Shown here: positions 53,158 through 64,000 of the stretch, piece after piece
Layout of the letters: every line of letters starts with the position of its first letter
How positions within the stretch are numbered: position 1 is the first letter of the stretch
Assembly: GCF_009834535.1 (NCBI RefSeq)
Contig: NC_045696.1
Coordinates: forward strand, 34,722,001 to 34,786,000
Length of the DNA: 64,000 nt
Direction: 5' to 3'
From: Camelus ferus
Taxonomy: Eukaryota
Notes under the pieces: generated by a model
What the model saw: the letters and a program-made list of their open reading frames with translations, nothing else
Told to the model about the DNA's origin: nothing
Databases searched by the model: none
Made by a program: the position numbers and the translations under genes

Positions 53158-55860
53158 ACATTTATTTATTCAACACACATTTATTGAACAACTACGATGT
53201 GTCAGCCACTGTTTTAGGTACTTGAGATATCCGGGGGACAGAGATCTATGCCTTCAGTGAACTTCATTCTTGCAGGGTGACACAGACAAAAATGATTGGA
53301 AGAGTGGGATGAGTGAGATAGTTGCAGTATTAAATAGGATGGTCAAAGTGGTCTCATTCTGAAGGTAAGATTTGAGCAGACACTTGATAGAGGTGAGGAG
53401 GTTAGCTAACCTGATATTCTGAGGAAGAGTGTTCCAGAGAAAGGCAACAACTAGAGCAAAAGTCTTAGAAAAAGCAAACGTGTAGGCAGGCAGTAGGAGC
53501 AGAGGCTAGAGAGGTAGCAGAAGGTGGATTATGGGGGCTTACAGCACATTTTACGGAATTTGGCTTTCACCTTGAGTGAAACAGGGCTCCATTACAGTGT
53601 TGAAATGAGGAGTGAAATGATCCGATTTGCCTTTTTAGAGGCTTACTCTCCCTACTGTGGTAAATAGAGACCAAAGGGGCAAGGTAGTTATGAGAGCGGT
53701 TAGGTTATTGCTGTAATCCAGGCAAGGGATGATAGTGGCCATTGTGAAGGTGAGCACAAGTGATTCAATGAAGAACATATTTTAAAGGTATAGCTAACAG
53801 GATTTCCTACTGTACTAGATGAAGGATTATGAGATAAAGGGAGGAGTCAAGTGAACTATAACTTTTCTGTCCTTAGTTACTGGAAGGATGCAGTTGAGAC
53901 AGGGAAGGCTGTCTGACAAGTTTGGGATTGGAGGAAAGATCAAGAGATTTACCTTGGACATATTAGGTTTTAGATATCTATCTCACAGCCAACTGGAACA
54001 CTGAGCATGCAGTTAGATACCTGAGTCTGGAAGATCTTGGTTGGAGATATTTAATTAAGGAGTTTCAGGCATACAGGTAATATTTAAATCATGGGGCTGA
54101 ACTGAGGGCTGATTCTCTATTTGTATGTTTGAGTAGTCTAACAGCCCTCTATCTTGCAATTAACAACAATAAATTCTAAACAGAATCCTAAAAGAACTAC
54201 TCAAAGGCACTGAGAAGTTAACAAAACAGGAAGGTTATGGAGGAAAATTGAAACATGTATGAAGTAATTGACCTTAAATGAGTTTTCCATTTTCTGCAAC
54301 TTTTCGCTTGAGTGCCATCTTTTATCTAGTTTCTGCAAAGAATGTTTTAAACTCCAATAGAAAAGCTTATTTTTTTCTGACCTGAAGAATCAGTAGATAA
54401 AGTCTGAGGGCAATCACAGAGAGTACAAAGTAGTAGGGCAACAAAGAGCTGGAGTGTAAATGCCCTACTCTCTGTATATCAACTCTATCAACACTCTGGC
54501 TGATGCTTGAACCATAGATAATTGAGAAAGATTTCAGTTAAGGACAAAAGAAGTGAACTGCTATTTAAACTGCCTCTGGTGAGAGTGTTTGTATTTTGAG
54601 TCCAGTTAAATTGACCATCTGGTTAAACAAATATTTTACTCTTTGGAAGAATAAAATAGAATATGGAGACCCTACCACATATAATTTTCAGTGCTATGAC
54701 TATAACCTGAAATTACTCAATGTATAAAGAATCAGGAAAATGTGATCATTCTAGAAAGAAATAACAATTAATGGAGGCCAACTCTGAGATAATGTGGATG
54801 TTGAAATTAGCAGACAAGGATTTTAAAGTAGCTAGTTTAACTGTACCCAATAAGGTAAATGTAGTTATAATAAATGAAAATATAGAAAATCTCATCAGAA
54901 AAACAGGAAACATAAAAAAAGAATCTATTGAAAATTCTAGAACTAAAAAACACAATATCTGTATTAAAGAATTTCCTGGATAAGCTTAACAGCAGAATGA
55001 AAATGACAAGGGAAAGAGTCAGTGAACTTGAAGACATATCTGTATAAATTATCCATTCTGAAAAAACAAAATATAAAGATTCAGAAATTTGAACATAGAT
55101 TTAGGATCTGTGGGCAACATCAAAAATTCTAACACAGCTGTAATTGACGTCCAGAAGAGAAGAAAGAAAATGAACCAGAAAAAGTATTTGAAGGAAAAAA
55201 ATCAGACTGAAAATTTCTCCGATTTGATGAAATATACAATACTACAGATTGAAGAAGCTAAGCAAACCCAGAGGAAGGTAAATATAACTCAAACTATGCC
55301 TGGTCAAATCATTGTCAAACTTCTGAAAACCAAAGAATATCTTGAAAATAGCAAGAGAAAAAGGAATCTTTACTTACAGGAGAGTGATGATCCAGAAACC
55401 ATAAACTTCCAGTTGGAAATCATAGCACAAGATGATGGAACAGTGCCTTTAAAGTACTAACTTGAAGTCCTGGAACTACAGAAGGTCACTAAGGAAGTGG
55501 ACTCAGAGGAATAACCAAGTAATTAGGTGAAGTGTTAAGAGATAGAACAAAAACTGAGTGGCAGGTATCCTGGAAAATCCATCAAGAAGGAGGGACTGAT
55601 CATCTGTGCCAAATGCTGCCATCATGCCAAGCAAGGGCAGGAAACTGACCATTGGCTTGGACAACAGGGACATCAGTAGTAGTCTTGACAGGAATAGGTT
55701 TGGTAGAAAGGTGGACTTAAGATTTGATTGGAGTGGGCTGAAGAGAGAATGAGAGGAAAGGAATTAGAAATTATAAGTAGAGCAACTCTTTCATACAGTT
55801 TTGCTGCATAGGGAGGAAAGAAATTGAATAGTAGTTAAGTGAAGTGTGGGGTCAAGAGAA
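53158..55860 (-). mobile_element. Long L2 (L2a-like) split by an L1 fragment
   Basis: catttatttattcaacacacatttattgaac 3' end; L2 motifs run to ~54105 and resume at ~55460. Confidence 0.75.
54107..55460 (+). mobile_element. Old L1 5' UTR and decayed ORF1
   Basis: Translated remnants MLKLADKDFKVA, ENFSDLMK..LQIEEAKQT..GQIIVKLLKTK resemble L1 ORF1p; broken by stops and frameshifts. Confidence 0.8.
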
Positions 55861-58639
55861 ATTTTGCTCTGTTGCACAAGCATGCTAATTATCATAATCT
55901 AGTAAAAAGCAAAATGAATGTGATATTTTGGATAAAAAGGGAGATATTTGTCCAGTGTTACTAAGTCTGCATAAAATAAAAACAAAAATATACAGTCAGT
56001 TGAATTAGAATAAAAAATTAACACATGAATATATGACTTGAATTCTCATACCTCCTTTATACTGGACAAAGCTCTCTGCTTCCTAGAATTTGCTATTTAC
56101 AGTTTGATCATTTGTCATTGCAAAATATTTTAAAAGTATGTTCACTAAAATTATGTAAAATTCTATGATTTTACAGAACTCTAACTTTGATTTCATCCTT
56201 TGTATTCTTAATTTATTGACATTTCCCAAATAATGGACAGTATATTTTCAAAAAATGATTTTTCAGTTATTTTAAAACTCCAAATGTATTTTTCTAATAA
56301 TATTGATGTTATATGAGGTAGTTTATCGTGGCCAGGCCACAAAGTCATATAAAGTAGCTGAATTACAGTACTAATTATCTGGGAAGTTTTAGTTATGCAG
56401 ACTTTTATTTCTATGGGAAAACTTATTCTAATTTCCAACCCAAGATTCTGGAACACATCTCCCATTATGAAGTGAGCCTGAAGGTAGGAGTGGAAAGAGC
56501 CTCCTGTTCACAACCCCCACCCTCGTCTTCCAGCAGTGAGGGTAAGACATCAAAGTTTTCATGGCATCAAGGATTCAAGCAATGGGCTAATGGAGATCCT
56601 GGACATTTATTTCCTCACCAGTGAAAATTAAATGGAGACCCAGGATTCACTACAACTACAGTGATGAGAAGGAAGTTTCGGCAGCCAGAGTGTGTTGGTG
56701 AGTGCTTGGCTACATGGCTGCTTCTGTCTTTAAGGGCATGTTAGTCTTTTTGTGCTGTAAAAAATTGTGTGTTTATGTGTGTCTGCATGTGTGTGCGCAC
56801 ACGCTCGTGCTATTATTTCTGTATATACTGAAGCCTTGTTGATCTGTAAACCCAACCTCTAAAAAATGTCGATGAATGTATTTTGCTTCAGATCTTTGGT
56901 TTCATGATCAAGAGATAAATGTCCAATTAGTAAATTAAAAGCAGATTTATTCCCATACATATTTTAAAGTATGTATAGGAAAACCCCATTTCCTCTGTAT
57001 TCTGCACCTACAAGATTGCACAGTAATAATGATGTATGTGTTTAATGATGGTGCTCAGGACAGGGAAAACATGCTGAAAGAGATTCTGAATCATCCATAG
57101 TTAAATTATTTTCAGCATCAATTCAGTACTCTTTGTAAATCTTAGAACATTGATGAACCGTATAATTTTGGGGTAAAAGTAATGTTAATCAGAACAGCTC
57201 CCATTTACGGGGGTGAGAACTTATGGTTGTTTCCTTAAGTGGAGAGACACTTTATTTAGGTATACTGAAATAAATTAAAAAAAAAAACTTTTCTTCTTGA
57301 TCTTTTGGGTCATCATTATTAATACCTCCTTTCTGCCTATCTTGAAATGTAAAGCTGGCATTTTTAGATACACCCTGGACTTTAAGAATTGGAGGTGCAT
57401 TTGCCTATTTGTGAGGACATTGAATGATTTAAAACTCACTGAATGGAATTTTTTTTTTTAATCTCAAATGCACTAGGGAAGCATTTGAGTTCAAAAGTTT
57501 TAGAGTCATTGTAATTACCATTCACTGAGAGTAGGAATTACAGCTAAGTAATTTTCTTTTCTTGTCTCAAAAGAAATGGGTACACAGATGTATATTCTGA
57601 ATACTTACAGAGTCTTAATTGCCTGCCATGAGGTAGCATTTAGGAGCATGATTAAATGGGTTAAGACATCTATAGAAAGGAAACCTCTAAGTAAGAGGGA
57701 ATGTACTTTTTGACATTGCTTCTGAGACTGAATTTAAGATTTATAGCATCCATCAATTTTTTTTTGAAAGCTGCATGGGGTTTAATGTACATGTTGTTGG
57801 AAACTAACTGAATTGTTCACAAATAGTATTTTATGCTGATTCATTGGCATTGTTTCTCAATTAATAGTTGCTATTTAAAATCTTCTTAGTTTTAAAAACC
57901 TGCACAGACATTCTTAAATACCAAGATCTCTTCTCTATAATCTGGTTCTAAGATATCACTGGTTCTGTGATCAGGAGCTATTTGTTCAATCATGACCTGT
58001 TTGGCTTTCTTAACCTCTTACTGAAACTTAAGTGTCAGTCACCAAGCTGGATATAATTACATTCTGGTGAATTCTTTGAGCTTTGAAGGCTAATTGATAG
58101 CCTCAAGTATTTAAATAACTGCTTGAACTTTCTTAATTGGTACAAACTGTAATAATTCCACTTTGTCTAGTATGCCACCTGAACGGCTTTGTCTTAGGTT
58201 TATGTACTTAATGATACTGTTCGATGGTACAGGATATTTATATGAGCCCTTGTCTTATTGAACTGTATGTGGGATAATCATTCTAAGTTATATTTGAAAG
58301 CTATAAACCAACTTTATAAACTAATACATTGGAATTACTGTTTATAAATTTAATACTTTACATCAAATTTTGCTAGTCTTTTAAAAACATACTAAAATTT
58401 ACACAGCCACATTTTTCCTATTGCAAATTTATATGGATACATATTTACTTTTCCATTAAAATTAAAGTATCTGTGTTACATTTATAAAAATTATACCGAT
58501 CTAATTTTATATTTTATGATTTTTTTAAAGGAAAATAAGCTATGATCTGGATCATAATAAATATAAGCTGTTATAACTGTAGTTGTGGAAGTAATAAAAA
58601 TTATTAATAAATAACGTTAGGAATTTCTTATTGAGAATT

Positions 58640-58868
58640 AACCTTAGCATCCCAGGTTTGCACTAGCTAGATATAGCTGGGTCTGAAGCCTTTTTCTGCA
58701 ATATGCCTGCCATGTTATGTTAAGCAAGTTATGAAACTTCTATGAACAGCTATTTCCCATCTGTGAGATGGGGAAGTAATTATATAGACTAGAATATGTA
58801 TATTAAGTACTCAGCACCTCTTGATATTTCATGGACATTGAATAAATGCTACTTTATAATTATTATTA
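58640..58868 (+). mobile_element. MIR SINE
   Basis: aagcaagttatgaaacttctatg..tttcccatctgtgagatgggg...aataaatgctactttataattattattatt. Confidence 0.65.
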
Positions 58869-59744
58869 TTCCTGTAGTATAATTTTTTAGTTTCACTTTG
58901 ATTATAATCAGAAATTATGAACAAGATTTGGCTTTAGATGACCTTAAATTATTTTCAGAAACAAAAAATGTACCCAAAGTATTAAGATCTGACACCACTA
59001 ATGTTATCTATAAGAATGTATCAGAGAATGTAAAGGCAATTCATTTTTCTGAAAAGTAACTCTGAGTAACATTTATTTGAACATATACATTTTAGTGTGC
59101 TTGAAAACTATGCTGATGCTCTATAATTTTTCATATATTAACATTTCAATTTATTATGTTCTTTTTTCTTGATAAATAGAGGGTTATGTAAAATCATATA
59201 AGTCATTAACCAGGTGTTATTAAATCTAAGCCACTAGAATTTAGATCATGCTTGGATTGCTTGCCTATATACTAATATAAGTATTATTTTTGGTCTTTGT
59301 TTCTGTTTGATAGTTTTTATCTGAAAAGAGGTTTGTGGTGTGTTCATGTATGTGTGTGTCTTTTTTTTGGTGAATATTAGCAACTAATATCCCATAGCAA
59401 ACAGTCTTTGAAATAAATCTTTGCTGCAATATCATATGGGTATATGATTTGTGGGTTCTGCATGACCACTAAGACATACTTTAGTATTCAGGAGCATATG
59501 TATATTCAGAACTTTCAATATTAAAAAGAAAGCAGTCATTTGCACATGTCTTACTCCATTGTCAGGGAAAAAAGGGTAAGAACCATGGTTAAAAAGAACC
59601 AAAACTATATAAATGACTCTGCTACAGCCTGTTATGGGAAACAGGTTGATAATTTTCCACGAGGATCATTTTGGTGTGTTATCTTCCCAGGTTCCAAAAA
59701 CTAATGGATACAGAATAGTCATTTATGAAGAATTTTCTTTTTTA

Positions 59745-59891
59745 TGGGTAGCCACTCACCACACGGGGCTGTGAGCACTTGAAATTTGGCTTGTATGATT
59801 GAGAAATAGAATTTTAAATTTTATTTACTATTAATTTATTTGTATTTAAATAGCCATATGTGACTAGGGGATGTCTAATCAGACAGCACAG
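59745..59891. mobile_element. MER3-like hAT MITE (partial)
   Basis: ggtagccact...gagcacttgaaat...tttaaatagccatatgtgactag...gacagcacag. Confidence 0.7.
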
Positions 59892-60621
59892 TTCCAGAGT
59901 TATGAACAATTTTCATACATGGTTACGTTTATGCCTTGGCTTGTTGCAGACAATGCCCAGGGCACAAGTGCCTTGGGGTGGCATATCCTTAATTCAATCC
60001 CCTCATCTTGTAGACACGGCCCATGAAGTAGATTACAATGCAACATAATGGCAGAGATGAGACTCAGATTTCCAGATATTGGGTCCCCATCTCAGCATCC
60101 TTAGCGGAACTTAATTTCTAATTTCCTTATGACAAGTGATAAACTTGGTAGATGGTGATAATGATATTCACAACCCAAATAATTAAACTTGATGTCCCTT
60201 TCTGTGGAATGCTGATAAGAAATGAGAAAAAGGAGACAGAATAAAGGGAACATTTTTTTGTGACTGCTCTCTGCTTATCTCTCCAGTGAGTTTGTTGACA
60301 GAAATGGCCATATTCTTAATAAGCATTATCAACAGGCCTGATTAAAATCATTGGTTGAATTTGTTATGTGAAATCCATTAATTTGAATAACACAATCCCA
60401 TTTGATAAAGAATAACATTGATATATAAATCCAATAAGGAAACTTCTCAGAATTATTTTCTGGTAATAAAATATAGACTATTTTAATAATAGTAAACTCA
60501 GCCTAGAATAAAGTACACGGGGTCAGGGTTCAAAGGGCCATTGTACATAAATTACTAAACAGATACCAAAAGCCATCTAGAGACTGAGACCAGAATCTTT
60601 GTATCTTGTCTTCAGTTATTT

Positions 60622-60675
60622 ACTAGCTGTTTGATATTTTGGCCTTTTGTTAGAACAGAATATCAAACAGCTAGT
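60622..60675. repeat. Inverted repeat with 17-bp perfect arms
   Basis: actagctgtttgatatt (60622-60638) is the reverse complement of aatatcaaacagctagt (60659-60675). Confidence 0.9.
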
Positions 60676-63600
60676 GTGTAAGAAGCAAGTAAGTGCAATG
60701 CACCCTTCAAAGTTACCGTAACGATGACAGAACACAAGAAGAAAGAAGAAATTACCACATAGCTGCTGTCATTTTCCCAGTCCAGAATCCACAAAGGATG
60801 TCTCAGATCAACCGGTCTTTCCTATGTTTAAGACTTAGTTATAGGAGGGCACATAATAAAAAATTCTGATCCATGGCATTTTAGTAATAATAGTTTCGGC
60901 AATGTTTTTTGCAAAATTAACTTTTTAAGATTTCATGACTTCTAATTCCGAGTACTGGAGACATTGTGGTAGAATTTTGTAGATAGTACTAACATTTCTG
61001 CTAGAAATTATAACCAGGCTCAAGTTCTATTTAACATTTGTTCTCAATTAATAGTACTAGGCTGTTAACTATCTGTAAGAGCTAATCTTATGTTAAAAAT
61101 TGTTTATAATTTTTTGGTGATGCATATGAAATAATTGCTGTCACCAACAAAATTTTGTTTGTGGAAAGGGCAAGTGCCCTGAGCTTTAAATATGTGTATA
61201 TTTTGAACTTGCCACAAATGCGTGTGCTTTTTATTCCCTTGAGACATTGTTTTTAAATCCTCTGTTTAAATTGTTGTTCTTTGCGCTTTAGTAATAATTA
61301 TAGATTCATATTGAGTAGTTCATCAAATCTTGGGCAGAAAACAACAGAAATAATAGCAAGAGAGAGTCTGAAGGATGGAGCCCTAAGCTGAGGTCAGAGT
61401 TAATCACACTTGTTTTGAGTCTATATGATCCACTTTGGATATCTACCACGATTTGATACGTTTGTTTCTTTCTTGACATGCAGCTTCTTTTTTATCTTTG
61501 TGGGTAACCTATGAATCTAAAATTGACATTTAAACTTGCTATCTCCTACTGAATTGGAAAAATCTCTGTTTAAAACTGCAGGAAATAAGGGCAAGCATAT
61601 GCATTTCTTATGATAAATTAATAATGAAGAGAGAGCTATCATTACTACCCTGTAAATTATACAGTACATCTTAGGTGATTTATTTAGTACCTTAAACACC
61701 TAGGAAATTTCACTAGTTGGCAGCAGTTGGAAATGCATGTTAATTGTGCACTCCATCCCACATCTGAAATAAAAGGAAAACGTCAGGAACAGACCAATTC
61801 TAGTTTCCTTTTGAATATCATATTTTAACTTCTTTTTTGTTTCTTTAATCTTTTCAGCAGTTCTTAAGGATTTGGAAGATGTTGATTAAAGCATTTCCTC
61901 TGATTAATTATATTTTGGCTTTCAACTGTTTTATTTTATTTTAAAATGAAGGGCACACACATTGTCTGGATTATAGGAGCATCTGCTCTTCCCAGTCTCT
62001 GCAAATATTTATATAAATCTTACTGCCACCCAGTTCCCTCCAAGTTCTCACTGCTTAGCTAATCCTGATTGCATCTCCTCATTAAGCCATCCTCAGGATA
62101 TGGAAACATAAATAAAACAGACTAACAGCCCACATTTCAGGGATATTTGTGTGCATGGCTTGCCGTTTAACTTACGTTATGAAATTCTCAGGATTCATTC
62201 TGGGATCATAGGTTTCCTTTATCTCTGCTTTTTTTTTGCATATACATCTGAATACTGTTAACCTAAAAATGATTTTGGATATGGTATCTTGGCCTTTATC
62301 AAAGGATATGCTATTTTTAAGTAAGGTCTATGAAATTATTATGACTGCAAACTTAGAATTTCGCAGGAAGTTTAAAGTTTAACACACAAATGTTGACTAT
62401 CTTCTATATTTGTTTTTCTTCCAACTATCCTTAGTATTTGTTCCCTCCGTTTTTATGTGTCTATGGGCTAAGGGAATATATAAAGATAGTACCTCTCCAC
62501 AGGGATGGAATGCTAGTACTTTCTATAAAAATTGTCCTTCACCTGGGTTTCCTTAACTAATTGTGGCTTTCAAATGGAGACAGTACTTTAATCTGCGATC
62601 TTAGCTTTATTTCATGCTTTGATATAGAGTGAGAGACATCTATTTGACTTCATTTTACAAATTGTCCTTTGACCATGTAGTTTCTGTAGACAGAATGATT
62701 TTTTTTGATAGTAAATTTCTAAGACTGAGAATTTCTGTTCTTGCAGCTTTATGCGATTATGTTCAAAGGGATTTGAATTAAAATGGAACAGATGTGTCCA
62801 TCTTTAATTATGGTGTAACAAATTGTGTTACTCTAAGTTTTTATTAAGTGAAACGCTCATCTTTATGTAATAATGGGTCAGACAGTTTCAAAATGATATC
62901 GGTGAACACAGTGTATTGCCTACTCCAATTAGACTTCAAAAGAATTGTTAAAACTCAGAGGTTATGCACATAGAGCCAGAAGAAACTATAGAAAATACAT
63001 ATACATATTTGGTTTTTTATTCCAAATTAAGTGAAAACAATCCTCAGTAATGTATGATGAACCTTAATGTCATCTAAATAAGACAAAGAAAGTAATATTT
63101 GACTTGACAGATCTACCTAACAGGGAGTAGGAATATATAACTGTGTTGGAAAATACCATTTTAGGGTTTCCTGAAAACCATTTTGTATTCCTTTGTGTAA
63201 ACACTCTCTTATAAATCTTAAAAAGACCACTCATTTTTTTTCACGACTTCTAAGTCAGTACAAAAAAATCCTTTCTAGGAGTAGCTAGTAGCTACTTAGA
63301 GAACCAAAAATTGTCAAGAATATGAACTGGCACAAATTCTGTGATGTGAGTCCCATCCCACTGCTTACTTTCTGTCATTCGTACAAAAATTCCTTTATGC
63401 TTTCAAGCATCTTCAACTCCACGTGTTTTTTCCCTTCCCATAAACTGATCTGTTACCCACTATTATTTTCATTCCTAAGATTTTTTTTTTTCTTGACACA
63501 CTCTCTGCTTCATTATCACTCCCACCCTAATCCAGGCTCCATTACCCTATACCCAGGTTAGTGCAACAGTTTTCTAATGAGTTTTCTCCACCCTTGTCTC

Positions 63601-63696
63601 CTCTTTCTATTCTGTTCTTCAATTCATTACCAACCCAATGTAAAAATAATACTTTTACTATGGCACATTGTTTTTTAAAAATACTGTAAATAGATT

Positions 63697-64000
63697 CAGT
63701 CAAACCTCGAAGACATTGTGGATTCAGTTTCAGAAGACCACAATAAAGTGAATGTCATAATAATGAGAGTCACACAAACGTATTGGTTTCTCGGTGCATG
63801 TAAAAGTTATGTTTACACTGTACCATAGACTACTAAGTGTGCAATAGCAGTGTATGTTAAAAAAACAACATACATACCTTAATTAAAAACACTTTATTGC
63901 TAAAAACTGCTAACCATCATGTGAGCCTTCAGCGACTCATAATCTTCTTGCAGTAGTAACATCAAAGATCACTGATCACCATCACAGATATAATAATAAT
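63697..64000 (-). mobile_element. Second internally deleted Tigger1 MITE (cut by window edge)
   Basis: Reverse-complement homolog of ~7400-7683, including a similar left/right-end junction. Confidence 0.85.

Noticed and set aside
55089..55460. 123-aa ORF as a gene
   Set aside because: Decayed L1 ORF1 fragment
1..64000. CRISPR array, prokaryotic operon, CpG-island promoter or intact viral gene
   Set aside because: No regularly spaced repeats, long ORFs or CpG-rich island; the sequence is ordinary mammalian repeat-rich DNA

Overview
AT-rich, CpG-depleted mammalian non-coding DNA (intronic or intergenic), most likely from a camelid (camel, alpaca or llama), because it carries three tRNA-Ala-derived SINEs of the camelid Vic-1 type. 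I can support no intact protein-coding gene, and there is no CpG island. The only protein-derived sequences are a TSD-flanked processed pseudogene of RPL18 (minus strand, 13534-14144) and decayed L1 ORF1 remnants. The rest is a mosaic of solo LTRs (dense at 7.7-17 kb, some nested), L1, L2 and MIR fragments, DNA-transposon MITEs (MER20, Tigger1-derived, MER63, MER58, MER3) and microsatellites. Repeat family names come from recalled consensus motifs, not from a database search, and most repeat boundaries are approximate. I found no convincing novel biological system. The most notable oddities are a ~175-bp local templated duplication inside an L2, a pre-miRNA-sized hairpin made from a MIR, an L1 fragment without TSD or poly(A) inside a MER21-like LTR, candidate splice-bounded small exons and a pair of CTCF-like motifs.
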